From a virus: DNA of 64,000 bases. A model generated the notes under the pieces. The model was not told the DNA's origin. It saw only the letters and a program-made list of their open reading frames with translations, and made no database searches. The first letter of the stretch is position 1. Each line of letters starts with the position of its first letter. Where the stretch lies: the IMG/VR virus record IMGVR_UViG_3300032770_000005, positions 64,001 to 128,000 of that record. The stretch is one strand, 5' to 3'. The position numbers were made by a program, and so were the translations under genes. This document shows, in pieces, positions 19,226 to 29,133 of the stretch.

Positions 19226-19743
19226 TGACGGCCAGCGAGGCGCGGGGCCAGGAGAAAACGATGGAACACGACGAGCAAGAGCTGAGGAAGATGTGGGTGG
19301 CGCGTGCGCGCGACAGGTCGATGACCATGGAGACGCTGCCGGCCTTCCTGAAGGAGCTGGCGGACTTCGAGCACGACTACGGCTCGATCTGCGTCGCCAT
19401 CGGCGCCGCGGCGCTCGCGGCCGCTCACGTCATCGACCGCAGTCCTCGCGGCGGCATCACCGGGTTCCAGGCCGGCGCGGTCGGGTGGGAGTTCCTCCGC
19501 GGCTGGCACCAGTGGCCGGAGGACGGTGTGGGGCACCAGTTGATCGACTTCGATCACCTGCTCTATCCGCAGTACGAGGCGACCTTCACCACGATGTCAC
19601 GCGACGTGTTCGGACGGCTGCAAGAAGCCGCACGCAAGCATCTCGCGGAAGCGGACGCGCACATGCACCCCAACGTGCGCTCGCACCTGCAAAAGATCGT
19701 CAAGGGCCGGGTTCCGTTCGGCCTTGGGCTCAGGGAGCGATGA
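19222..19743 (+). CDS. conserved phage hypothetical protein
   Basis: HDYGSICVA, GITGFQAG, LLYPQYE; coupled ORF. Confidence 0.7.
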   Translation: MMTASEARGQEKTMEHDEQELRKMWVARARDRSMTMETLPAFLKELADFEHDYGSICVAIGAAALAAAHVIDRSPRGGITGFQAGAVGWEFLRGWHQWPEDGVGHQLIDFDHLLYPQYEATFTTMSRDVFGRLQEAARKHLAEADAHMHPNVRSHLQKIVKGRVPFGLGLRER

Positions 19744-19766
19744 TGGGCACGCGGATGGAAGGAGCA

Positions 19767-20423
19767 ATGATGATGGGCACGCAGATGGGGTTCGCTCGGG
19801 CGCTCGTGCTGCTGAAGGACGGGGGTCGCGTTGCCAGGTCCGGATGGGGCAGCAGCATGTGGAGCATGTGGCTCGTGTTGGTACGTGATCGTTATGGAGG
19901 GCCTGGCTTCTCCTACGAGGTTACGTGCAATCATCAGACGCTTGCGGCGGATGATCTGCCACTGCGTCCGCTTCCGTGGATCGGCATGAAGACCGCGGAC
20001 AATGGCTTGGTGCCATGGGCATGTTCGTCGGCCGACCTCCTCGCTGAGGACTGGGAACAGGTGGGCGAGACATACGCGGAAGTGCTTGAGCGCAGCGGTC
20101 GCGATCACGCCGCGGCGCTCGGGCGCGACCGGGCCGAACCTGCGCCGGCCGCCGCGGTGGGTGAGACGGCAGCGAGGCCCGGTGCGTCCCTTCAGGAACC
20201 GGCGCCCGATATCCTGTCGATGCGGGACGCCGAGTACGGCGACGGTGTCGCGGCGAAGATCGAGCGTCAGGTGGCCGGCGGCGACCCGAAGCTGGCCCGC
20301 TACGCAGCTGGCTACGCGCGAGCGGTGCGACCGCTGCTCCTGCGCCTGGCGGAGTCAGAGCGCAGCCGCCTTGCGCTCGCCGAACGACTGTTGACGGCCG
20401 AGCGAAAGGGCGGCGCACGGTGA
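19767..20423 (+). CDS. DUF2829/Tad2-like protein with C-terminal extension
   Basis: GFARAL..LK.GGRVARSGW, PWIGMKTADN..VPW..S..DLLAEDWE. Confidence 0.85.
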   Translation: MMMGTQMGFARALVLLKDGGRVARSGWGSSMWSMWLVLVRDRYGGPGFSYEVTCNHQTLAADDLPLRPLPWIGMKTADNGLVPWACSSADLLAEDWEQVGETYAEVLERSGRDHAAALGRDRAEPAPAAAVGETAARPGASLQEPAPDILSMRDAEYGDGVAAKIERQVAGGDPKLARYAAGYARAVRPLLLRLAESERSRLALAERLLTAERKGGAR

Positions 20424-20833
20424 CGCGCGAAGCGGCCGAGAAGCCGACTGGGCTGCGGGAAGCCGCGGCCGCAGTCGCAGAGTACCTCGCCGACCCGGTG
20501 CGCTTCGCGGGACCAGAAGTCTTGGAGCAACGCCGCCGGGCGCTCGTCGCTGCACTCGCCGCGACGCATCCGCGCCCCGAGCCCGTGCCGAGCGCGTTGG
20601 AGTCGGCGTGTGCCTGGCTGGACCGAGAGCACACGCCGGGACGCTGGCTCGCGACCATCAGCGGCAAGCGCGACGAGACGTTGGCACATGCGATCGAGCG
20701 CATCGCTCGCGAGTGCGGCTGGATGCCGCCGGCAGAGCTTGCTCGCGTGTCGCAGTTGCGGACGAGGGCGGAGCAAGAGCTTGCGGCGCACTTCGGCCAG
20801 CGTTCCGACGAGCGCGAGGAGGGCGGGCGATGA
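20420..20833 (+). CDS. hypothetical protein
   Basis: Shares EPVPSALESACA with 21209-22423. Confidence 0.65.
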   Translation: MTREAAEKPTGLREAAAAVAEYLADPVRFAGPEVLEQRRRALVAALAATHPRPEPVPSALESACAWLDREHTPGRWLATISGKRDETLAHAIERIARECGWMPPAELARVSQLRTRAEQELAAHFGQRSDEREEGGR

Positions 20834-21051
20834 CGTGCAGGACTCCCGAGACGTTCGAGGATCTGATGCGACGAGCGCGCAGGTTCATCGACAGGCGGCC
20901 TGTCGAACTGCCGCGGCCCAAGCCGTGGGCCTCGGAACAGGTGCCGCGGCCGACGCCATGGGCCTCGGAACAGGTGCCGCGGCCCAAGCCGTGGGCCGCG
21001 GAGCACTGCGACTGTGGTCGACGACGAGAGCACGACGAGGGCGGACGATGA
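20830..21051 (+). CDS. small protein with 11-aa tandem repeat
   Basis: PRPKPWASEQV about 2.7 times (33-bp DNA repeat). Confidence 0.55.
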   Translation: MTCRTPETFEDLMRRARRFIDRRPVELPRPKPWASEQVPRPTPWASEQVPRPKPWAAEHCDCGRRREHDEGGR

Positions 21052-21208
21052 GCGCACGTACTCAATGGAGGTACATCGCCTGGACGCGCTCTCTGCACTA
21101 TGGAGAGCCATTCCGCGCGTGGCTGCTACGCACGTCGAACCGGCTCGATCGACAGGAAGGCCCGCCATCGCTCGTATGCCGTGTGCTCGATCGTCTCGCG
21201 GGGTGGCC

Positions 21209-22423
21209 ATGACCGCTCGTACCCTCATCGACCGTGACGCGGTGGTCGCGAGGCTTCGACAGCGTGCCGAGGCCGCCGAGCGCGCAGGCCGGCACCAGTC
21301 CGGGCCACACATGATGCCGGAGCACTGGCTCCGCGAAGAGGCCGCCGCTATCGAGCGCGAGCCAGCCGCGTCGGTGCCACCAGCGAGCATCCCGGAGCGC
21401 GAGCGAGCGCTGGTGCGGGAGATGTTCAACGAAGTAGTCGAATTCTGCGCGGAGCTGTACGGCGCGTCGCCAGACGGCTTGAGCGACGAAGATGTTGCGC
21501 GAATCGTCGCTCGGGTGGACGCCACACATCCGCACTCCGAACCAAGGCCAGCGCGGGGGCTTGGTGCCTGCGACGGAGCATCTCCGGCCGCCGCGCCGAA
21601 GGTGTCGTGCAGCAAGTGCCTCGGAACGCGGCGCGTGCTCGACTGTCGAGGTAACGACGACGATCGGTGCCCATGGTGCGCCGACCCGAAGCCCGTGCCG
21701 AGCGGGTTGCGGGAGTGGTTCTCGCGCGTGCTGGACGCTGCTGCCGAGCGTGGGCTCGTCGTCTCGTCGGATGAGCGTGGCATCACCGAGGCGCTCGCCA
21801 GCGTCGGCCTGCCGCCCACCGAGCCCGTGCCGAGCGCGTTGGAGTCGGCGTGCGCGTTCTTGCAAGAGCACAGGCAACAGGTGCGCGAGATCGCATCTGC
21901 CGGCGACGGCACATCGTGGTCCGCTGAGGTTGGTGCGACCAGCTACGGACGGGCGCCGACGCTCACGGGATGCCTGTTCGCCACGGCGCGCTCCCTCGGT
22001 TGGATGCCACCCACGGAACCCAGCCAGAACCCGTTGGAGCGCGCGATGGTGCGTCACGACGCCATCGCACATCAGGCTGACGTGCTCATCGCTCGGTACG
22101 ATGAGCGAGAGCGGTGCGCGAAGGCGTGCGATGAAGCGGCCGACAGGCGCGAAGGAACGTCGCAGGATTTCTGCGTCTCCGCTCTGCGCAATCTCGCCGC
22201 CTGCATCCGCTCGCTCGGTCCCGCCGCGCCGGCGCCGCGCGCGGAAGAGGTGGCGAACATCATGACGAAGCTGATCGTGAAGAAGCTGCGCGAAGAAGTG
22301 CGCGTGCTCCGCGAGCACGAGCGCACGACGCCGAACGAACACCATGCGCTCAAGGCATGTGGTGCAGCGGATGCGTTCGAAGAACTGGCCGCCCGCATCG
22401 AGCGCGAAGGGAGCTGGCGATGA
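21209..22423 (+). CDS. mosaic hypothetical protein containing an in-frame CRISPR-type repeat
   Basis: CSKC..CPWC finger; modules shared with neighbouring genes. Confidence 0.7.
   Translation: MTARTLIDRDAVVARLRQRAEAAERAGRHQSGPHMMPEHWLREEAAAIEREPAASVPPASIPERERALVREMFNEVVEFCAELYGASPDGLSDEDVARIVARVDATHPHSEPRPARGLGACDGASPAAAPKVSCSKCLGTRRVLDCRGNDDDRCPWCADPKPVPSGLREWFSRVLDAAAERGLVVSSDERGITEALASVGLPPTEPVPSALESACAFLQEHRQQVREIASAGDGTSWSAEVGATSYGRAPTLTGCLFATARSLGWMPPTEPSQNPLERAMVRHDAIAHQADVLIARYDERERCAKACDEAADRREGTSQDFCVSALRNLAACIRSLGPAAPAPRAEEVANIMTKLIVKKLREEVRVLREHERTTPNEHHALKACGAADAFEELAARIEREGSWR
21539..21574 (+). repeat. solitary CRISPR-type repeat inside a CDS
   Basis: AGGCCAGCGCGGGGGCTTGGTGCCTGCGAC. 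Confidence 0.8.
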
Positions 22424-23631
22424 CGCCCGAAGAGCAGGTGCGGCTCGAACCGCGCCAGGTGGTTCTCGATCTCGTACTTGCATACTGCGCGACGATGCCG
22501 ACGTTCGGCCATGCCGCAGTACTGCACGGCAGCCTCGTGTTCGCGGCATGCAACCATCGCGGGCAGTACGTGCACATGTCGCTCCCCGTGCACTTCGATG
22601 GTGAGCCGTTCGGTGGCGACGAGTCGCGGCCGCCTCACTGGGTGCTACGCCAGCTCGGGCCGACCGTGTGGAAGCTGTCGCCGTCAGTGCTCGACGCGCA
22701 GATCCACGCGTACATCACGATCGTGAACGTCCCCGAGGGGGCGTGGACGTCAGGAGGTGTGGTGACCATCGTCGACCGAATCGCGCAACTGCGGGAGGCC
22801 GTATCGAGCCGTGTGCCCGGCCATGGACTCTCGCCTACGGAAGCGAAGCGCGTCTACGACGAAGTACGGCAGCTCGCTGACGCCATCGAGCGCGATGCGG
22901 GCGCGGAGCGCGCCGCCATGCGCGCGATCGTCGCTGCGCTGTTCCCGAAAGAGCCCGACGCGGAGCCGCCGCTCGGCGACATGCTCATGGAGATCGAAGG
23001 GCTGCGGCTCACCAGCGCTACCGCGCCGCGCCCTGGGCGCGCCATCATCGACCGAGACGCGCTGGTGGCCCAACTGCGTGAGACGGCTGCGAAGTACGAC
23101 GGCGACGGTCAGGGCATGGCTGCGCGGGCCTTCGACCTCTACGCCGACCACTTGGAGCGCAACGTAGGGGCTCATGCGGTGCACGACGCGATCTACGTCG
23201 CGTCTTCCTGGAAGAACGAGGAGCAGCCGCGTGTGGTCGAGGCACTGCGGGCCGACGGCTTCGACGTGTACGACTTCCGCAACGACGAGAGCGGCTTCCG
23301 CTGGGTCGATGTGGCGGGTCCGAAGCCGTGGAGCGCCGAGACGCTGACGCAGGCGCTGCTGCACCCGATGGCGGCACGTGCATTCTCATCCGATTTCGGC
23401 GGCATGCTCCGTGCGGCGGCGTGCGTGCTCGTGCTTCCGTGCGGCAAGAGCGCGCACCTGGAGGCCGGATGGTTCGCGGGCCAGAGCCGCCCGCTGGTCG
23501 TGTACATGCCCGAAGCGAGCGAGCCCGAGCTGATGTATCGTCTCGCGCCGCAGCTGCGGGTCGTCTCGTCGCTCGCAGACATCGGCCCGGCGCTGCGAGC
23601 AGTGCTGAAGCGAGAGGAGAGCGGACGATGA
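22420..23631 (+). CDS. multidomain protein with C-terminal nucleoside 2-deoxyribosyltransferase-like domain
   Basis: IYVASSWKN, GFDVYDF, LPCGKSAHLEAGW. Confidence 0.75.
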   Translation: MTPEEQVRLEPRQVVLDLVLAYCATMPTFGHAAVLHGSLVFAACNHRGQYVHMSLPVHFDGEPFGGDESRPPHWVLRQLGPTVWKLSPSVLDAQIHAYITIVNVPEGAWTSGGVVTIVDRIAQLREAVSSRVPGHGLSPTEAKRVYDEVRQLADAIERDAGAERAAMRAIVAALFPKEPDAEPPLGDMLMEIEGLRLTSATAPRPGRAIIDRDALVAQLRETAAKYDGDGQGMAARAFDLYADHLERNVGAHAVHDAIYVASSWKNEEQPRVVEALRADGFDVYDFRNDESGFRWVDVAGPKPWSAETLTQALLHPMAARAFSSDFGGMLRAAACVLVLPCGKSAHLEAGWFAGQSRPLVVYMPEASEPELMYRLAPQLRVVSSLADIGPALRAVLKREESGR

Positions 23632-24182
23632 AGCGCACACCCAAGAAGAAGACGCGGAAGCCGCTCTCCGGTGACATCTTCGGGATCGGACTACCGCGTG
23701 CGACGAGCGGTAACTTCCGAGTCTACGGAGACGATCCGATCGGCGTGAACCGCGACCGTTGGTTCGCTCGCAAGCGTGATGCTGAGACGGCGGCACGAAA
23801 GCGCTCGCTGCTACGACCAGGCGTCGTCTATGTCATGCACGCTCCGACGGGGTACTGGTCTAAGTACATCGGGGGCACTCGTCGCGTCATCGCGAGCGGC
23901 ACGCGCCGCACACGCCGCAACCAGCCCGTTAGGGTTGTGCTCGTCTCGTACCACGCTGATGGCAGTACTCCATATACCGGCATGCTTCACGACGAGGCCG
24001 ACAACAGTCTTGGACAGGCGGCGCGCGGCTCGCCGCTGCGTCGCGCGATTGCGGCGTCCGGAGCAGCGGATGGCGACGAGATCGAGGTTCGTGTCGTCCG
24101 CACCGGACGGCGTCCATTCGGAGATCGGAAGGTCAGGCTGGTGGCGCCCCACAAGTACGAGCGCGAGGAGAGCGGACGGTGA
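23628..24182 (+). CDS. basic hypothetical protein with RRN motif
   Basis: MKRTPKKKTRK...RRTRRNQP. Confidence 0.65.
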   Translation: MKRTPKKKTRKPLSGDIFGIGLPRATSGNFRVYGDDPIGVNRDRWFARKRDAETAARKRSLLRPGVVYVMHAPTGYWSKYIGGTRRVIASGTRRTRRNQPVRVVLVSYHADGSTPYTGMLHDEADNSLGQAARGSPLRRAIAASGAADGDEIEVRVVRTGRRPFGDRKVRLVAPHKYEREESGR

Positions 24183-25033
24183 CGCGTGACGAAGCAAGCC
24201 GCTTGCGTGAACTGGTCCAGGCGGCGCACGAGTTCGGCGTTCGCTCGCGCGACGTCGCGCAGGGACAGTGCGGCCCCGAGACATGGGCCGCTTCTCAGCG
24301 GCGCCTGCAATTCGCTGCCGTGGCGCTCTCGCTCGACGACCTGCCCCCGGAGCCGGCGGCCGGGAGCCCGGAAGCTCTCGCGCCAGTATGGGCGCTCGTC
24401 CGCGTGGTCGAGGAGGCGTGCGGCAACGACGCGGGCAAGGTTCTATCGAACATCGACGAGATGGTGCGCAAGACCATCGCCACGGCCCTCGCGATGGAGC
24501 GAGAGCGGTGCGCGAAGGTGTGCGACGAGCGCGCGGACGAGTTCGCCAAGATGCTCAGCGAGTTCCTCGCGCAGGGCGGCTTGAAGGGCGACGCTTGGGT
24601 AAGGACGCAGATGTATTGTGAGCAGGCGTGCACCGGCGACGCGCATCGCATCCGTACTCTGGGTCCTGCTGCGCCTGCATCGCAAGAGCCGTTGCACGCC
24701 GTTGCGGCGGAGCGCGAGCGGATCCTCGCGCTCTGCGCAAAGCATTACAATGCCGCAGTCCAACTGCGACAGCGGCTCGGCGCCGGTGGTGAGCCGCTGC
24801 TGATCGCGAAAGCGAACGCCGCGACTGACGCGGTGGGCTCGCTGTCGGACGAGATCCGCGCTCTCGGCCCCGCCGCGCCGCCCTCGTCTCACGCCGAGGT
24901 GGTGGCGAGGATCGTGGCGAACCTGCGGGAACGAGCAGAGGAATGGAGCCGTGCCCAGAGCGAGAGCGGGTACATCGCGCTTGTTGCTGCGGCAGACGCC
25001 ATCGAGCGCGAGGAGAGCGGGCGGAAGCCGTGA
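24179..25033 (+). CDS. mosaic hypothetical protein
   Basis: ERERCAK and IRxLGPAAP modules. Confidence 0.65.
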   Translation: MTRDEASRLRELVQAAHEFGVRSRDVAQGQCGPETWAASQRRLQFAAVALSLDDLPPEPAAGSPEALAPVWALVRVVEEACGNDAGKVLSNIDEMVRKTIATALAMERERCAKVCDERADEFAKMLSEFLAQGGLKGDAWVRTQMYCEQACTGDAHRIRTLGPAAPASQEPLHAVAAERERILALCAKHYNAAVQLRQRLGAGGEPLLIAKANAATDAVGSLSDEIRALGPAAPPSSHAEVVARIVANLRERAEEWSRAQSESGYIALVAAADAIEREESGRKP

Positions 25034-25293
25034 GCCCGTACCGAGAACCAGCGCCGAAGGAGAAGGCCAAGATGTGGAGCAAGGTCAGTGTGTTCTGGCG
25101 CATCACCGGCGCCGCGTGGATGGCGTGGCTCTCGTTCGGCGTCGCGTTCGACTCGCTCCCGACGCTGGACGAGGTGGTGCGCTGGATCGCCATCGGCATG
25201 GCCGTGACTTGGTCGTGCGTCGTATTCGCGCTGGTGGCACGCTGGATCGCCGCGGAGGCGGACAAGCATGGGCGGCACGGAGACGGCACATGA
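25030..25293 (+). CDS. small two-TM membrane protein
   Basis: Two hydrophobic helices. Confidence 0.6.
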   Translation: MSPYREPAPKEKAKMWSKVSVFWRITGAAWMAWLSFGVAFDSLPTLDEVVRWIAIGMAVTWSCVVFALVARWIAAEADKHGRHGDGT

Positions 25294-25820
25294 CTGATCT
25301 CAGGGAGATCGCCCAACGTTCGGGGCGCACCGCCATCGACCGCGGCTTCGAGCCGCCTTCGTGGACGAACTACCCCGTGAAGATGATGGGCGTGGTGACC
25401 GAGATCGAAGAGGCCATCGCGGCGCTGGAGGCCGAGAGCCTCACGGATGCAGGCGAAGAACTCGCCGACATCGTGCTGCGCGCCACCGACATGCTCGAAA
25501 CGGTCTGGGGTGCCGACTGGAGCGCGTCGCGCATCGAAGATCGTGAGCCCATGACCAGGCTGCTCATGTGCGAGCCGCGCATGGCCTTCGCGCCGCACAT
25601 GAAGATGGTGTGGAAGAGCATCCAGTACTGGCGGCAGACGCTCGATCCGCGAGATCCGGCTCGCGGCGTGGACACGCGCATCGCGCTGGAGCTGATCGTA
25701 CTGGAGACGTTCCGTCTCGCAGACCGGCTCGGCGTCGACCTCATGCTCGTGATGTCCGCGAAGCTCGACTACAATGCGCAGCGGCCGAAGCTGCACGGCA
25801 AGGTCCAGGCGTCGTTCTAG
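25290..25820 (+). CDS. MazG-like NTP pyrophosphohydrolase
   Basis: TEIEEA...EELADIVLR...KLDYNAQRPKLHGK. Confidence 0.8.
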   Translation: MTDLREIAQRSGRTAIDRGFEPPSWTNYPVKMMGVVTEIEEAIAALEAESLTDAGEELADIVLRATDMLETVWGADWSASRIEDREPMTRLLMCEPRMAFAPHMKMVWKSIQYWRQTLDPRDPARGVDTRIALELIVLETFRLADRLGVDLMLVMSAKLDYNAQRPKLHGKVQASF

Positions 25821-25837
25821 CATCCAGAGAGGCGATC

Positions 25838-26923
25838 GTGACCAAGCTCTCCAAGAAGCCCACGTATCTAGGATGTAAACAGGGTCCCACACTCAGTCAC
25901 GTTCGTACGGAGCCATGGGTATGCCGGCGGTGTGGAAAACAGGCATGCGCGCGCTGTGTCAAGCACTTTTGGAAGAGTTTAGGCGGTCACACCGAGCCAG
26001 AAGCCTCCGGGGGTTGGAGATTCGTGGGCCAACGAGTGGCCACATGCGCAACGTGTTCGCATGAGCTTGCGCAGACCAAGAAGACGATACGTAGCAACGT
26101 GCTCCTCGCCAAGCCGCCGAGAGTCGTCCATCGCCTCATCGACACGCGCGGCTTCCGACGTCTGTTCGGCCGAGCACCACGCGACTCCGACTACGAGGGC
26201 GTGCACACGACGGGCAGTCGGCTGATCGCCGGCGCGTACGCGATGAGCAGCTGGCACGACCCCCGCAGCTATCCCCGCGGCTACCCAGTCATCGTCACGC
26301 TCGACGTGAGCGGGCTCAAGCCGCTGCCCGACGTCGACGCCCTGCTCTTCGGCGCCCAGGCCGTCGCCGACCTCTTGCCGCAGTACCGCGAACGCGCCGC
26401 CGCCGGTGAGACCTTCTACGCGATGCTGAACGACGACGACTTCTCCGAGGCCGAGGTCCAGGTCGGCGACGATCCCGCCGCCTTCATCTTCGAGGACGTC
26501 GGTACGCATGTGCTGAACGCTATCGATGGGGAGCGAGACCCAGAAGCGGTGTTCCGGGAGTTCCTCAAGACCGGCGCGCTGCCCGACAGCGTGCTCACGC
26601 GTCTGGTCGATCAGCAGCGCTATCTCGACGACTTCGACCTCGACCGCGTCGTACGCGTCGAAGCGCTGCGTCCGTGGTGGCACGAGGTGCTGCACGCTGA
26701 TGACGAGATGATTCCGGCGATCGAACGGAGCGGCTACACGGTCTTCACGATCGATGACTGGCCGTTCACCGCTGTCGGCCCGACCAAGACGGTGTGGCAG
26801 GCGCCGGACGCCGAGGCGCGCGAGGACGTCGAGTACCACGGAACGACGAGCATCGTGATCTCGCTGGCGTTCCCTGGGCTCATCCCCGAGAAGTCGCCGT
26901 TTCCGATCGAGCAAGACGAATGA
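25838..26923 (+). CDS. Zn-finger plus putative ADP-ribosyltransferase-fold protein
   Basis: CxxC pairs, then IRSN, then EGVHTTGSRLIAGAYA and EYHGTT. Confidence 0.45.
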   Translation: MTKLSKKPTYLGCKQGPTLSHVRTEPWVCRRCGKQACARCVKHFWKSLGGHTEPEASGGWRFVGQRVATCATCSHELAQTKKTIRSNVLLAKPPRVVHRLIDTRGFRRLFGRAPRDSDYEGVHTTGSRLIAGAYAMSSWHDPRSYPRGYPVIVTLDVSGLKPLPDVDALLFGAQAVADLLPQYRERAAAGETFYAMLNDDDFSEAEVQVGDDPAAFIFEDVGTHVLNAIDGERDPEAVFREFLKTGALPDSVLTRLVDQQRYLDDFDLDRVVRVEALRPWWHEVLHADDEMIPAIERSGYTVFTIDDWPFTAVGPTKTVWQAPDAEAREDVEYHGTTSIVISLAFPGLIPEKSPFPIEQDE

Positions 26924-27480
26924 CCGGGCGACGAGGCGACCCGTCGTACACGCCGCCGACCGACGAGGAGCGACGCCTCGGCTACTACCTCGACTGCGTC
27001 AGCTGCGGCCGCCCGTGGGCGCTGCGCAGCTGCGTGCCGCACTTGCATCGCTGCCGCTCCTGCGCTCGCTCGTGGTGGCGCGACTACCGCCAGGCGGCGC
27101 GCCAAGGGCTGCCGCGGCCGAGCCTGCTAGGGCAGATCGCGCCGCATCCCTTCGCCTCGAAGGCGCTGAACCGCACGGTCGATCTGAACGCTCCGGGGCT
27201 CCTCGACCTGGTCGAGCAGGACCCGAAGTTCGCGAAGGAGCTGGACGCGTACATCGCCAGCCTGCGGCACGCCGACAGCAGCAAGCCGCCGCTGCGCGGC
27301 GCGGCCCTGAGCCTATCGGGACGGCCGCGTCGCCGCGCCGTGCGCGTGCCGCTCGATGAAGACCCTACGCCCGAGCCGCCCATCTCCCGAGCGGCAGCCA
27401 AGGAGGTCGAGCGCCTGGTCGACGAGGTGCTCGTCGGCGACGTGATCGATGCCGGAGCGGTGCCGCGTCGGCGCGCGTGA
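26920..27480 (+). CDS. hypothetical Zn-finger protein
   Basis: CVSCG...CRSC. Confidence 0.6.
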   Translation: MTGRRGDPSYTPPTDEERRLGYYLDCVSCGRPWALRSCVPHLHRCRSCARSWWRDYRQAARQGLPRPSLLGQIAPHPFASKALNRTVDLNAPGLLDLVEQDPKFAKELDAYIASLRHADSSKPPLRGAALSLSGRPRRRAVRVPLDEDPTPEPPISRAAAKEVERLVDEVLVGDVIDAGAVPRRRA

Positions 27481-27705
27481 GAGGCCTGCGCGGGGGCATG
27501 GTGCTCGCGACGCGCTCGCGACGAACCACGAGAGCCGGCGACGCGCCCATCCCGAAGCCAGCGCGGGGGCTTCGTGCCTGCGACTCGTGACGGAAGTTTC
27601 TCGTGGCTGACCTGTTGCATTCTGTCGAAAGGCCAGCGCGGAGGCTCTCATGTCCGCGACATGCAGTTCCACGACTGAGCCAGCGCGAGGGCTTGTGCTC
27701 GCGAC
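27476..27705 (+). CRISPR. degenerate CRISPR-like mini-array, 4 repeats
   Basis: Repeats ending at 27511, 27584, 27660, 27705. Confidence 0.8.
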
Positions 27706-27778
27706 GGTGTCACGTTCACTGGCGCTTCTGCGACGCGATGCCCGCTAGCCGACGTCCGGCGCCCATGCGACGATCGCG

Positions 27779-28192
27779 GTGATGTTGTCCAACGGCAGCA
27801 GCTCCTCCTACGGGTCCAACGCGTACAACACCGCGTCCAACGCGCCGTACACGACTGGCACATGGTCCCGGTTCTACGACAACGGCGGCACGACCTGGTC
27901 TCGACAGCCGCCTCGCGTGGCCGACCGCAGGCTGAGCAAGGTCGGCGAGCGCATCCACCAGCGCCTCACGGAGATGGCCCGCCAGCTCGACCTGACCATC
28001 GACGAAACCGCCGTGCTCATGGAGGCCGAGGTCGCACGTCAGCATCGCGCGCTCCAGCTCCGCACGCTCGGCGTCGAGTGCCAGAGCACGCAGGCCCGGG
28101 CGACCGCTCGCCGACACCAGCGCCCAGCCGCGCCCACGGCCCAGGCACAGGCCGCGCTCTCCGTCAGGCGGTTCGCGCAGAGGGTGCGCTGA
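27779..28192 (+). CDS. hypothetical protein
   Basis: Coupled to the next gene by TGATG. Confidence 0.55.
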   Translation: MMLSNGSSSSYGSNAYNTASNAPYTTGTWSRFYDNGGTTWSRQPPRVADRRLSKVGERIHQRLTEMARQLDLTIDETAVLMEAEVARQHRALQLRTLGVECQSTQARATARRHQRPAAPTAQAQAALSVRRFAQRVR

Positions 28193-29133
28193 TGCGCAAG
28201 AACCCGCGGCCGCCCCTCGCTCCCGACTTCGACGAGCTGGTGCGCATCTGGTTGCAGCGCCGCGACGACTTCAAGCTGTGCGCCGAGCTGTCGAACGTCG
28301 CGCCGCCACACTTGAGGATCTGGCCCGAGAAGCGCGGCTACGGATGCTTCGCAGAGGTCAGCCCGACACACAAGCGCGTCGTCATGTACCGGCGCGGCTT
28401 CCTCGACCGGCCCACCGACATCGCGGCGATGGCCTTGGTCGCCGAGACGGGGCTGCTGGACGACTACGAGATCTTCGAGACCGACGAGGTGACCAACGAG
28501 CTGGTGCCCGTAGGGCTCACGATGCGCTCGCTGCTCTCTGCGATCCACGAGGTGCAGGAAGAGAGCATCGTCCGACACGATCCTCGAAGCGATCTGCCCG
28601 ACGAGCCGCGCACGTTCAAGTACCTCGCGCGGTACAGCCCGCAGGAGATGGAGTGGTACCACGCGACGCTCGCCTCCCGCGTGCCTTCAATCTTGAAGCA
28701 CGGCCTGTTGCCGTCCTCGCTCCAGGAAGGGCGGGTCGAAGGCTGGTCGCCTAGCTGGAACTTCGGCCTCCAGCCGGCCGTGTACCTCACGGCCTACGAG
28801 GACCGAGCCGCGAGGATTGCCGAGACGCTGGCGCTGCGCAACGCGGAGCCCGCGACCCTGCTGGTCGTCGACGGTGCGGGCCTGATCGACACCAAGCTCC
28901 TCACCTACGACGAAGATGCTCTACGCAACGAGTTCTCGTCGTACCCGTACTACGAGCACTACGACCAAGCCTTCCCGCAGTGGGTCACGAGCGCCGAGCA
29001 TCGCGGCACCGAGTCCATCGCCTACCTCGGCCGCATCGGGCCTTCCGCAATCCACCCGCTCGCCACCGTGCGCCTGGTCGAGCACGATGGCGAGGTCGAT
29101 CTGGAGTGGGACGATGAGCAAGACCGAGACTGA
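28192..29133 (+). CDS. ADP-ribosyltransferase/Tpt1-like fold protein
   Basis: WYHAT...SILKHGLLPS...AVYLT...A; N-terminal MRKNP. Confidence 0.65.
   Translation: MRKNPRPPLAPDFDELVRIWLQRRDDFKLCAELSNVAPPHLRIWPEKRGYGCFAEVSPTHKRVVMYRRGFLDRPTDIAAMALVAETGLLDDYEIFETDEVTNELVPVGLTMRSLLSAIHEVQEESIVRHDPRSDLPDEPRTFKYLARYSPQEMEWYHATLASRVPSILKHGLLPSSLQEGRVEGWSPSWNFGLQPAVYLTAYEDRAARIAETLALRNAEPATLLVVDGAGLIDTKLLTYDEDALRNEFSSYPYYEHYDQAFPQWVTSAEHRGTESIAYLGRIGPSAIHPLATVRLVEHDGEVDLEWDDEQDRD

Noticed and set aside
20911-21000. 33-bp tandem repeat as another CRISPR
   Set aside because: No spacers; it is a coding tandem repeat.
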